NCBI GenBank assembly: GCA_043228905.1 | Contig: JBHGNT010000004.1 | Location: 7,564,001 to 7,628,000 of the forward strand | Direction: 5' to 3' | DNA length: 64,000 nucleotides | Source of the DNA: Azolla caroliniana | Taxonomy: Eukaryota > Plantae > Polypodiophyta | Shown: positions 41,461 to 54,200 of the stretch, one piece after another | Layout of the letters: each line of letters opens with the position of its first letter | Numbering within the stretch: position 1 is the first letter of the stretch | Made by a program: the position numbers and the translations under genes | The notes under the pieces: generated by a model | What the model was told of the DNA's origin: nothing | Seen by the model: the letters and a program-made list of their open reading frames with translations, nothing else | Database searches by the model: none

Positions 41461-44400
41461 TGTCATGATATGGCAAGACTCGAACCCATGAACTTATGCT
41501 ACATGGGTCGAGCTCTTGACCATTAGACTATACATTGTAATACATAGAATATTATTTTCATTTATGTTTTATTATAGAAAATTGATGTATATCCCAGATT
41601 TCTCTGGAACATTCTAGAAACTTCAGGAGTATTCCTTAGAACACTATAAAAGGAGGCACAAGGCATTATTTCGAACCAAATCGGTTCAACGCCAGTCTTA
41701 AGCCTTTTAGCCACCATTGTATATTCTCTTCATATAATACATATCTTTCTTATCATCACTCTCTCTCTCTCTCTCTCTCAATCTCTCTCTTTCTCTCTGT
41801 CTCGCTCACTTCTTTCTCTCTCGAAGAAGTTCCACACCTCTCATAGTACTAATCCTTCGTTTAGTACTAATTTCTTCTCTGTCTCAGTACTGTTCATGAC
41901 AGTTTGAACCAATTTTCCCTACCTTCTGTCTCTCTCATTTCCTACTAATCTTTTATTCCTCTTTTCTTTCATCCCATGGCCACTGTTAGCGCTGAAGAAT
42001 ATCAATCTGTTTTCTCGGAATTTCAATGCTTGAAGGAGAAGTTCCATGCTTTGGAACAAGAAAACCAACGGTTGTTGGGGGATCTTCAGCAAATCTCCTT
42101 AGAAAAGCAGCAAACGCAACAACAACATGGGGAACTTGCGTTACGCGTGCAACAACTCGAAGAAACCATCGTAGCGATGCAACAACAAGGGCCCGGAACA
42201 CAAGGGATTCATAAAGAACCCAAGATTGGCCTTCCCACGAAGTTCGATGAACGTGATCGCAGTTTAGAGGGTTCCTTAACCAGGTACGATTAGTTATTCA
42301 AATGCATCCTTCCCGATATCCCACCGATGCATCACGAGTGGGTTTAGTAGGCACTTTATTAAGTGGCTCAACGTTGTCATGGTTTGCTCCACTATTAGAA
42401 AAGGAATCTCTGTTACTCAACAAGAGTTTCTAGGTGAGTTTAAAGCATGTTTCGGAGATACTGACAGCATCAGGACCGCAATCAACAAAATCCGGTGATT
42501 ATGCCAAGGTGACCGTCCAGCCTCCGCATACGCTGCAGATTTTCGCCTACTCGCCGCCGATATCCCTTGGGATGATCAAGCGTTGATGGAGCAATTCCGT
42601 TATGGTTTACGCAACGACGTCAAGGATTTACTATTGACCTTCCCCGAAGAGCCAAAGTCCTTAACAGAAGCAATCAATCGCGTAGTGAGATGTGACAACC
42701 GCCTCTTTGAGCGACGTTCGGAACGACAGCTATAGATGCCGAGGGCAAGATCAGAGCCCACCTACGCCTCAGTGGTAGCAAGACCTTTTCCGAGGGAGTC
42801 ATATAATGCGCCTCCAGCGAATACTCCAACTCCGATGGAGATTGACACTACACGTCGTCGAGGGCCATTATCCGAAGAAGAAAAGCAGCGACGCCGTACA
42901 AATCGACTATGTCTTTATTGCGGTGGACCAGGACATATCGCAATAAATTGCCCCCATAGGCCAAGAAGATAGGTAAACCAAATAGTCGCTAGTTCTAATT
43001 GTACTAAATCCGAGCCTATTTCAGTAGGGATATCTGATAGTCCTAATAGTACTAATAGTACTAATATCCCAGATCTAGCAAACAAATTTGATGTCCTTAG
43101 TCAGTTAGAAGAAGAGTTAAACGACTAAGTCCAGCCAAAATAGGAGCCGTTTGGTTGGACAACCCTAGATCTGTGCAGCCCATTAGTGGTTCCATTCCCT
43201 CTAAGCAAGTTAGTGATGTGTTCGTAGCCCAAGTAATAGTTAGTACTAAAAGTACCCCTCTAGTACATGTCCTAGCACTCCTAGATTCCGGAGCTAACTC
43301 TTGCTTTATGGATAAGAAATTTGCTCAAGCTCATAAGATATCCCTAAGAAAACTCCAGTGTCCAGCCTCTGTAGTAGTCATTGATGGACGTTCCATTGCT
43401 TCCGGAAATATCATAGAAGAGTCAGAGCCCATTAATATTGTCCTAGATAACTTAGCATGTGTAGTATCATTTAATATTATTAGTATCCCAGAACATCCTA
43501 TAGTTTTAGGATTACTGTGGTTCGAGTTACATAACCCAGACATAGATTGGAGAACAAGAGAAATCCGGTGTCGACAAACCCAAGGGTCAACTCAGAAGAT
43601 GGCAACCATTTCGCTACGTAAGTTGCATAAAGAAGGGCGCAAGGAAGAAATGTTCCTCTTTGCAATATCAGTAAACCCCTCCAGCACCACTAAAGAAGAA
43701 TCCATCGATCAACTTCCAGAGAAGTATCGTCATTACGCCGATGTGTTCGATAAAGTACAAGCCAACACACTTCCTCATCATCGACCGTACGATTGGCCCA
43801 TCGATTTACAACCGGGAAAAGAGCCGCCATGGGGACCGATCTACAATTTGTCACCAACCGAGCTAGAAGTCCTTCGGGCCTATATAGAGGAGAATTTGGA
43901 AAATGGTTTCATTCGGCATTCGAAATCTCCAGCCGGCGCGCCCATTTTCTTCGTCAAAAAAAAAGATGGATCGCTTCCTCTCGTTGTAGATTACCGTGGC
44001 TTGAATAAGGTTACAATCAGGAATAGGTATGCTCTTCCCCTTATCTCAAGTCTTTTAGAACGGATCAATGGTGCCAGGTTCTTCACGAAGATCAACTTAC
44101 GGGGAGCATATAACCTCGTACGGATCCGACCAGGAGACGAATGGAAGACCGCGTTTCGCACCAGATATGGGCACTTCGAGTATACGGTCATGCCGTTCGG
44201 CCTCACTAATGTGCCGACAGTCTTCCAGCACATGGCTAATGATATATTTCGAGATCTATTGGATGATTGTTTGATCATCTATTTGGATGATCTACTGGTT
44301 TATTCAAAGACCCAAGAAGAACATGATTCTCATGTACTATTAGTACTAAAACGACTTCGAGAACATGGTCTGTATGCAAAGCTGGAAAAATGTAGTTTCG

Positions 44401-47133
44401 GGTACAACCAAGTGGAATTTCTCGGCTACATCATTTCGTCAGAAGGCATCTCCATGGACCCAGCTAAGGTCAAAACGGTGGTAGAATGGCAGACTCCGCG
44501 TTAGGTGCGGGATGTGCAATGCTTCTTAGGCTTTGCCAATTTTTACCGGAAGTTCATACAAGATTACTCAAAGATCGTTCTACCTCTCACACAACTTACC
44601 AGGAAGGGACAACCGTTCATCTGGTCTGAAGAAACGGACATGGCTTTCGAGAGTCTTAAAAAGGCATTTACATCGGCTCCAATTCTAGCTCATGTCGATC
44701 CGGAAAAACCATTCATTATCGAAGCTGACGCATCAGATTTTGCATTGGGGAGCATTCTGTCACAACAGGGGAATGATGAGAAGCTACATCCTGTGGCTTT
44801 TCACTCACGCAAGTTTGATGCCGCCGAAATCAACTACGAAATTCATGATAAGGAGCTATTGGCAATAGTGGATTCTTTTATGCAATGGAGGCATTTTCTG
44901 GAGGGATCCTCTCATCCAGTCACCGTATTTAGTGACCACAAGAATCTTGCCTACTTTCAGGATGCTCGTGTATTGAATCGACGTCAAGCTCGGTGGGCCC
45001 ACTTCCTCACGCGTTTCGACTTCAAAATTACATATCGTCTGGGGAGGCACCAAGGGAAGGCAGATGCATTATCACGGCGTTCGTATCTAGCACCCCGTCC
45101 CGGCGAGCCAACTTTCGATAACCAAAAACAAGTCATCTTGGGACCGGCACGACTACAAGCAACACAGATCTTTGACATGCTTATGGATTCCCGCGTTATC
45201 GATACCATACGTGAAGACTTGAAGACAGATGCGTTCGCCCAAGCTATACTAGCACAAATTGATCCCTCTCGAGCGTCGTGTTCACAGTCGCAACCACCAG
45301 GTACGGACTATCGGCAATTCAAATACCATGATGGATTACTCTTCTTTAAAGAACTTTCGTATGTTCCTAATGGTTCTTGCCGCCTTCGAGTAGTACAAAA
45401 CTGTCATGACACATATACAGCTGGGCATTTTGGTAGTACTAAAACATTACATTTAGTACAATGAACATTCTGGTGGCCCTATATGCGACAATTTGTCGAG
45501 GATTTTGTTCGAACTTGTGATACATGTTGCAGAGCGAAAATGCCAAGGCATCATCCATATGGTTTATTAGAACCATTACCAATTCCAAGCAAGCCGTGGC
45601 AATCCATTGCTCTAGATTTCATCACAGATCTTCCAGTCTCTAAGGGGTTCAATGCGATTCTAACGGTGGTCGATCGATATACGAAGATGGCTCATTTCTT
45701 GCCATGTACTAAGGAGATCTCCAGTGAAGACACTGCCGAAATTGTCATGCGTGAAGTATGTCAGCATCATGGACTTCCCGATAGTATCATCAGGGACCGT
45801 GGACCCCAGTTCGTGTCAAAATTCTGGAAGCACCTTTTTAACATGCTCAAGGTCACTTGTAACCTCTCCTCCGGCTACCACCCACAAACCGACGGCCAAG
45901 CTGAACGAACAAATCAAACGTTGGAGCAGTATTTGCGGTGCTTTCTCAGCTATCATCAAGATGACTGGGCATATATTCTCCACTTCGCCGAATTTGCCTA
46001 TAACAACTCTATCCACGCATCCACTAAAGTTACGCCATTTTATGCTTATACGGGATGTCACCCCCGGTGGAGTGTACTTGAAACCCCAGAGATGTCCACA
46101 AATCCGTGCGCGGAGGATCGTTTGGAGCAGTTACGCAAGATACAAGCGGATTTATCTACTCATCTCCAGCAAGCTCAACAAACACACAAGGTCTACGCGG
46201 ATCGTCATCGACTTCCATCCAGTTTTAATATTGGAGATCTGGTGTGGCTGCTACGACGACACATCAAGACTACTCGTCCATGTGAGAAGTTAGATTATCG
46301 GCGATTAGGTCCTTTCCGTATTATTGGACAGATTAATGATGTCGCTTTTCGTCTCGATCTACCTCCTCAACTTTGGATACATCCGATGTTTCATAGTTCT
46401 CTCCTCGAACCCTACCACGAGAGCACCATCCCAGGACGCCTTATCCAACCTCCACCCCCGATCGAGCTTGAAGATGGACCTGAGTACGAGGTTGCCGCCA
46501 TCCTTGATTCCAAGATTGTTCGCAACAAGCTCTACTATCTAGTCGATTGGCTAGGATATAGTCCCAACGAGCGTACTTGGGAACCGAGAGAGAATGTCAC
46601 CAATGCTCGTGCTCTTCTTGAAGACTTCCATCGTCAATATCCAGACAAACCGGGTCCTCAATCCAAAACGACTCGTTACACTCGTCGTTTTAAAAGGGGG
46701 ATAGTGTCATGATATGGCAAGACTCGAACCCATGACCTTATGCTACATGGGTCGAGCTCTTGACCATTAGACTATACATTGTAATACATAAAATATTATT
46801 TTCATTTATGTTTTATTATAGAAAATGTATATCCCAGATTTCTCTGGAACATTCTAGAAACTTCAGGAGTATTCCTTAGAACACTATAAAAGGAGGCACA
46901 AGGCATTATTTCGAACCAAATCGGTTCAACGCCAATCTTAAGCCTTTTAGCCACCATTGTATATTCTCTTCATATAATACATATCTTTCTTATCATCACT
47001 CTCTCTCTCTCTCAATCTCTCTCTTTCTCTCTGTCTCGCTCACTTCTTTCTCTCGAAGAAGTTCCACACCTCTCATAGTACTAATCCTTCGTTTAGTACT
47101 AATTTCTTCTCTGTCTCAGTACTGTTCATGACA
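41461..47133 (+). mobile_element. Element A: full-length Ty3/Gypsy chromovirus, Tcn1-like (LTRs 41461-41901 and 46705-47133)
   Basis: TSD ctacc (41456-41460 / 47134-47138), TGTCATGA..TCATGACA termini, PPT aaaagggggatag at 46692-46704. Confidence 0.95.
41976..46712 (+). pseudogene. gag (41976-43128) and pol (~43116-46712) of element A, broken by in-frame stops and frameshifts
   Basis: [14 protein letters not shown] knuckle, LLDSGAN protease, YLDD RT, EADAS RNase H, integrase, and chromodomain EYEVAAILDS..YLVDWLGY..TWEP. Confidence 0.92.
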
Positions 47134-48783
47134 CTACCTGTGGAAGTCCTGGAACTGCTGTCGGCACGTTCTCTGTGCCTTCGTTCTTGCTCTTGCCGGC
47201 CGCCTCCATTGCGTGCCGACCCTCCTCGTCCACCACGCCCACGGGACCGATCTGCCTCCGTGTACAGCATCCGACTGTCAGTGGGTGCGCTAGTTGACGC
47301 ACCAGCGTGGTTCTCCTCTACAAGGAGCATTGACTGTAGGTCGAAAAATGACAACGTATTCTCCCTTGTACACACTGCCGTTCGGAACACTCTGAACTTA
47401 GCCGCCAGGCCCCCAAGACAGACCTGTACCATCTCGTCTTCCTCTACGGTAACGTTGATAGAGGCAAGTGAGTCACAGATCTCTTTGATCCGGGCCGTGT
47501 AATCACCACCGACATGTCCTTCTATCGGACATTGCTCAACTCCTGTCGGAGTTGCAGCTTCCAGGCTGTAGTGCTCGCGGCGGAAACCTTCTTTAGGTTC
47601 CCCCAAGCCTCCTTCGGCGTCTTGGCGTCTCGGATGTGGCTCAACAGCTGGTCTCCGACACTGGACGCGAAGCAGTACATCACTCTACTTGTCGATTGTT
47701 CCCACACTGGGAAGTCCTTATGTGCCGCATCAGGTGCTGTTTCGTTGGCTCCTTCGACAAAACTCCAGTAGCCATGCCCAAGTAGGTACTAGTGCATCTT
47801 ATACGACCAAGATGCATAGTTGGATCTGTCGAGTTTCTCCACAGGGAGCGAGCTAGCCATCCCTCTATCCATCACTTCTCTGTCTGCTATTTTACGACCT
47901 ATTAGGGTTTGCTTTCAAGCGTTTTTCGGCTGCAGAGGAGGTTCTCAACCCTCGCGCTCTGATACCATGTAAACGATTACTTGCGGACGCGTTAGAAAAC
48001 AGAGAAAGTAGGGAGTACGCGAGAGAGACAGAGAGAGCAGAACGTAAAAGCTATATTCAAAACCGATATAATTACTCTGTACATACAATTATGCTTAGTA
48101 GCATTATTTATACAAGTCCTTGTGGGACTGACAGAAGTACCGCGTACTTCAATGCTGACACGAGCATCTGACACTTACTACGAGACTATAATTGCATAGT
48201 AGTCTACACTAATACTAGGCTTCCGGTTACTGATTGGATCCGGCTAACCGGCTCCCCAGCTCACCGGCTTTGTTGCTTGCTGGCTCGGTTGCTCACAACT
48301 TACCGATCCATCTCGCTTGCCGGCTCAGGCTTATTCAGCCGATCCGGCTCTAGTTGAGCTTCCCGCTCAACACTTTTATACTCATGCAAATGCTTTTGGT
48401 AATTCTCTTTATCCTTAACTACATCCAAAACCATAAGGCACTTTTGAGGTTCACGACATTCTTTATCAAACCATTTTTTCTTAAGTTTCTTGGTGCATTT
48501 CCAAGATGTGCGGTTGGTCGAAAAACATTTGTTTGTACATGAGAGAATGACATTCTTGAAAGCTTCCCATTTGCATTCTAGTGTGGCACCATGTTGTATC
48601 TTTGTCATTTGTAACATATCCTCAACCATCTTGGAATACATGGGTGCTCAAGTGTGGTTGTTTACTATCTTCAATAGCCTTCTCACAATCAAACCTATGC
48701 ATACATTTGAGATCAATACATAAAGGCCTATGATCGGATTCTAGTGAGAGAGAGAGAGGGAGAGAGAGAGAGAGATATTAGGG

Positions 48784-48816
<33 letters not shown>

Positions 48817-49312
48817 ACAAAAGATATATATTATGTGAAGAGAATATACAGTAGTAGCTAGGAGGCTTAAGACTGGCATTGAACCAATTTGGTTCGAAAT
48901 AATGCCTTGTGCCTCCTTATATAGTGTTTTAAGGAGTACTCCTAAAGTTTCTAGAATGTTCTAGAGAAATCTGGAATATATATCAATTTTCTATAGTGAA
49001 ATAATAAATCAAAATAATATACAATGTATAGTCTAATGGTAAGGGCTTGCCCCATGTAACATAAGGTCATGGGTTTGAATCTTGCCATATCATGATAGGA
49101 AGTAATGAACCTCCTTCATATGTGTCATCTTGAATTCATAGGAAAGGAGGGATTTCACCGTGTTGATGTCCACCAAATGCTCACCTCCAATAACCAAATC
49201 ATCCACGTATAGGATGATGACAATCGGGCTTCTAGAGTCATTTTGTACGTAGAGGGAGTTGTCAGATTTTGACATTCGAAAGCAACTTTGATGAAGATAT
49301 TGCGTAATCTTC

Positions 49313-51232
49313 ATCACTTGCTTAAAAATCGAGTGTGGTTCTTCACACACAACATAAAACAATAATAGTGAAGATACTATTTTATATCTTCGTACAAAAA
49401 GATGGATGTCTTCAAGACCTTTCGAATGCATTTTACTACATGTGAAATTGACAACTTAGTGTCAAGTTATGTGAGTGTGAAATTTGAGAAGAAGAAGAGA
49501 AAAACAAAACTGTGAGATATCCCACATAAATAGGACAAATCACGATCCCATAGTATATAAGCAGAGACAGAACTTATTACTTTTTGTCTACGACTAGAGC
49601 ACAAAATGTTCTTGGGCTAAACTATGGCTTAACTCCTCGTAATGGTTTTGGGAAACTGGAAACTGGCAACGATACCGAAACTGAAACCGAACGGACGGCG
49701 ACGGAACCGGAACCAGATTTAGAATTGGACGGACAGCGATGGAACCGGAACTGGAACAGACAAATGGCGATGGAACCGAAACCAACACCGACATCGGAAT
49801 GACGGACGTTGCCGAACCGGAACCGAATGGGGACGACGATCGAACCGGGACTGGGTCACCTCGACGATGAAGATCCTGAGCTCGATCACCTCGACGATGA
49901 AGATAGTAGGACGGAACCTACAAACTTGAGTTATGTACACGAGGACGTGGAGGAATCTGATTGATCACCGTAACCGAAATCTCACACTCTCTCTTCTTGG
50001 CACGTTGGAGGACATGCGGTTTGGTGGGGGTGGATGTCGTAAAGATTTTCGCCAACGGTGTGAAAATTGAATGAAATGTACAAAATCGAGTGTGGTTCTT
50101 AACACAACATAAAACAATAATAGTGAAAATACTATTTTATATCTTTGTACAAAAAGATGGATGTCTTCAAGACCTTTCGAATGCATTTTACTACATGTGA
50201 AATGGATAACTTAGTGTCAAGTTATGTGAGTGTGAAATTTGAGAAGAAGAAGAGAAAAACAAAACTGTGAGATATCCCACATAAATAGGACAAATCACGA
50301 TCTCATAGTATATAAGCAGAGACAGAACTTATTACTTTTTGTCTATGAGTGGACCATAGAATGTTCTTGGGCTAAACTATGGCTTAACTTCTCGTAATGG
50401 TTTTGGGAAACTAAAAACCGGCAACGAAACCGAAACTGAAACCGGATGGACGGCGACGGAACCGAAACCAACACCGACATCGGAACGACGGATGTCGCCG
50501 AACCAGAACCGAACGGGGACGGCGATCGAACCGGGACCGGATCACCGGGTCGGATGCAGACTGGATAGACGGATCGATCAGATAGGTTGATCGCGACGAT
50601 TTCGGTGTGAAACGAACAAAATATCTAAACTAAAAAAAAACCTAGTACAAGTTTGTATAAAAAGAGATACAAGCAAGGCTTGAACCTTGCACCTCCAAGA
50701 TAGGAGGCAATAGACTTATCACTAAGCTAAGTCATTTTCTTAAAAATGTTTTTTCTATCATTATATTTTTACATGTAAATTCTCATATTAGAGCTTGATT
50801 GAGTGACATGGTTATCATGCATCACATGTAATGCATGAGCGCCAAATGGCAAACATGCATCACATGCATCACATGCATTCCATGCATTGTATGCATGTCT
50901 TGTAGCCTCACATGCATCATATGCATGGGGGCGTCTATAAAATAGTGGATGAAGAAGAAAACAAGGGCGATGTATGAATCAAGAAACTAAAAGTAAGAAA
51001 ATTCGCTATCCAATTGATGTATCAATCTTGTTCTTCAAATCTAAAGTCAAGAGTTCAATCTTAATCTCTGTCTCAATCTAAATCAAACGTTCTATCTTAT
51101 CTCAATCTCTCTCTCTTTAAACCTAACTTAAATCCTCTCTCGCTAAAGCTAGTGCAAACTTTGAGTCCTTCCGGTCCAGAACCCCGGCGGTTCCACCTCA
51201 CGATCCGCACGTAGTGACGAATCTTCACGACA
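49313..51232 (+). mobile_element. Element H: deleted LTR element related to E (partial LTR copy ~49324-49855, short internal 3' end, full LTR 50035-51232)
   Basis: 49324-49850 repeats 50084-50545. The PPT region gcggtttggtgggggtgga resembles that of E. The LTR runs TGTCGT..ACGACA with a U5 motif aaccccgg(c/t)ggtt shared with E. Confidence 0.75.
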
Positions 51233-54200
51233 ACGTTCTTTACATCCATCTGATGGAGGTGCCACGATCCACCTTTTTGTTGTTGCGAGTGCAATTACGG
51301 TCGGCACAGTCGTCATCTTTGCCACCGGGGCAACTGTCTCTTCGTAGTCAACTCCATGTCTTTTCGCTAGGAGTCAAGCTTTGTAGAGGTTTATGGAGCC
51401 GTCATCGTTATACTTCTCCGTGTAGATCCCTCTGCAACCGATCGCCTTCTTGTACGGTGAGTGGGGGACAAGATCCCATGTCTTGTTTTTGGAGAGTGCT
51501 TGCATGTCCTCATTCATCGCTTCAACCCATTTGGGGTCCTTCGCAGCTTCAGAAAACGTTTTCGTCTCTCGTACTATTGCTACCTTCATCATAAAGGCGT
51601 AATGGTACGCCATATACTCATCGTAGACGAATCAACTTATCGGGTTCTTTTCACGAGTGGATCGGCGGAGCTTCTCGTTTGTGGATAGTAAGGCTTTCTT
51701 CGCTCCATTTCTCCAGATGTCAAGGCCTTCGAACTCGCTATCGAGGGAGTGAGTCGATTTGTTGCCATCGAAGTGATCGTCTTCATACTTCGGCATTTTC
51801 GCCTTCCCCTTGTCCAGCTTCGGACTCGGCCAATATGTGCTTTGATCGCTCGGAGGGTCTTGTGGGCCAGTAAGCCTTGTCGTAATTGAGCTTTCTTTGA
51901 ACATGCGTGTGAGTTGATCTTCGGGTTCTATGTCTATTTCGGCGAATTCCGGATCGAGCGGAATCAGAGTTGAAGTGGTCTTTGGTGCGTAGCAGGATAT
52001 GGACTCGTCGAAAACGACGTTTCAATTTACTCGGGCTTTTCGAGTCGAGGGGTTATAGCACTTGTAGCCCTTTTGCTCTAGTGAGTATCCTACGATGATA
52101 CATTTCTCGGACTTTGGGTCGAGCTTTTGTTGCTTCTTGTCGGGGATGTGCACGTATGCAATGGAGCCAAATATCCGAACATGTGATAGGTTCAGCTTCT
52201 TTCCGAAAAAATTCTTGTGCAGGGTAACCTCATGCACGCCGGATGTTGTACACTGATTCATTAGGTAGATGGTTGTGTTCACGGCTTCTACCCACAACGA
52301 CTTCGGCATGTGCTTTTCATTCATCATGGCCTGTGCTACTTTGAGGATGTGCCAATTCTTTCGTTTAGCCACTCCGTTTTGTTGTGGCGTATGTCGTCAT
52401 GAAGCTCTCGCCGAATTCCTTCTTTCCGTAGAAACGCCAAAAATTCTTCGGAGAAGTACTCCTTTCCTCCATCCAACCAAAGACATTGTACATGTCAACC
52501 CGTGGCTTTCTTGACTTCATTCTTAAATTTTTGAAAGTATCCGAACACTTTGCTCTTTTGCTGCATGGGATAGATTCAAGTGTGTCTGTAGAAGTCGTTG
52601 ATGAAGGCCACGTAGTATCCACATCCGCCGAATGTAGCCATTTGAGCCGGTCCCCATACATTGGAATGAATTACGTCAAGTACGCCTTTGCTCATGTTTT
52701 GCTCCTTCGGAAATGGGTGCTGATGTTGCTTGCCGAATTGGCAAGCGGCACACACACCTTCAATATCTTTCTCCTTGAATGTCGGGAGCCCGATGACGAC
52801 TCCTTTCGATTGCATTGCCTTGAGCTTTTGAAGGTTGATATGGCCAATCTGCTTTTGGCATAACTCTATGTCAGAATCGTCTTTTGTGCCCATTGCGAAC
52901 ATGGCCGATTTCATCTCGTGCGAGTCGAGAATGAACATTCAACCCTCTCTTCGTTCGCGAGCGATGAGTTGGCCCTCTTTCTCGATGAAGCAATCGCCTT
53001 GATTAAATCGTATTTGCATCCCTTGCTCAACAATTTGGCTGGCGGAGACCAAATTCTTCGTAATGGTTGGTACATGCAAGACATTCTTAATAAAAGTTTG
53101 GTTACCTTCTTTGTCGAATGGGACATTGTTGATGTGTCATATCATATGCGTAGTGTCGTGTCTGGTTTCGACATAGCCGGGTTGGTCCAGATCTCGAAGT
53201 TCTCGAAACCATTCTTGATGAGGACGTCATATGGTTCGAGGCACCGGAGTCGACGAACCATACGTCTTCCGGACTAGATGTGTTATTCGAGGTAGAAGCT
53301 GACATAGAATTTGCTCTATGTCTCATCACAAAAATTCCACCATGATCATCATAGTCGGAGTTGGTGGCGTAATTGGTGAGTTGTCGGCTTGTGGAAGCCG
53401 ACTCGCGCATCTTCTTACGACACTCTTCTTCGTGGTGATCGATTTTTCCGCAATATCCGCATTCGACTGAGCTTTGTCGGCTCGGACCGAAATGGAAGCT
53501 CCCCCTTCTTCCGAAGGTTCTTCGATGCCAAAATTGTGAGTTGTTTTTGTAAGTCGGGCCTCGTCCGCCTCGTCCTTGGCCAAATCGGCCTCTTCTTTGG
53601 CCGAATCGGCCTCTTCTTGCACGACTGCGTCCTCTTCCATCGTCTGAGTGTGAGTAAAGCATGTGGCCTTCCGAGGCGTTGCTCCTTGTTCGAACATGGT
53701 TTTCTTCGACAAACAATATGGATTGATGATCGAAGAAGGAGGGCGGATTCTCCTGTGCTAGTACGACGGTCCTCATCGTGCCGAACCGTGGTGCAAGGCC
53801 GTCGAGGCATATTACTCATCATCGTCCACATTGATGTTTATCAAGCCGAGCGAGTCGCAAAGCTCCTTAAGCTTCAAGGTGTAGCTCGTGATGGACATAT
53901 CCCTTTGTTGGATGTTGTTCAACTCTTGGCGGAGTTGAAGCTTTCTCCCGGTTGTGTTCGCGGCGAAAATCTTTCGTAGATTCTCCCACGCTTCCTTTGG
54001 CGTCTCGGCTTCTCGAATGTAGCTGAGCATGTGGTCATGCACACGTGTCTCCAAGCAATACATCACTGGGCTTACCGCTTGCTTCCATGTTGCATAGTCG
54101 ACGTCTTTCGGGTCGGGTCAGTCTTCTTGTGCTCCTTTGATGTAACCCCAATAGCCTTGGCAAACAAGGTATTGGTGGAACTTGTACTCCCAAGATGCGA

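Larger units (their letters stand above)
36980..48372 (-). mobile_element. Element C: full-length, frameshifted Ty1/Copia (405-bp LTRs 36980-37384 and 47968-48372), gag interrupted by A
   Basis: TSD ctttt; tRNA-iMet PBS (gctctgatacca 47956-47967); PPT 37385-37396. Domain order gag, protease (WYVDYGAS), LWHKRIGH, integrase, RT (YVDD), RNase H (YTDADWA). Confidence 0.93.
35475..48742 (-). mobile_element. 5'-truncated, RT-deleted LINE (RTE/RTEX-like) inside the 5' LTR of B; pieces 35475-36979 and 48373-48742
   Basis: Endonuclease C-terminal SDHRP (SDH at 48738-48730), linker KWFDKEC, post-RT VTPVLLYGVEVWG, C-terminal LSSHALRCETG..CTLC..H..C, and a (TATC)n 3' tail. The reading frame continues across element C. 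Clade assignment is tentative. Confidence 0.8.
30486..49097 (-). mobile_element. Element B: degenerate Gypsy chromovirus. 3' LTR 30486-30894; 5' LTR split into 35378-35474 and ~48743-49097; gag-pol remnants ~35275-30900
   Basis: TSD ggaag (30481-30485 / 49098-49102), PPT complement ctatccccccttt at 30895, and RT/RNase H/integrase/chromodomain remnants closely similar to A. Confidence 0.9.
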
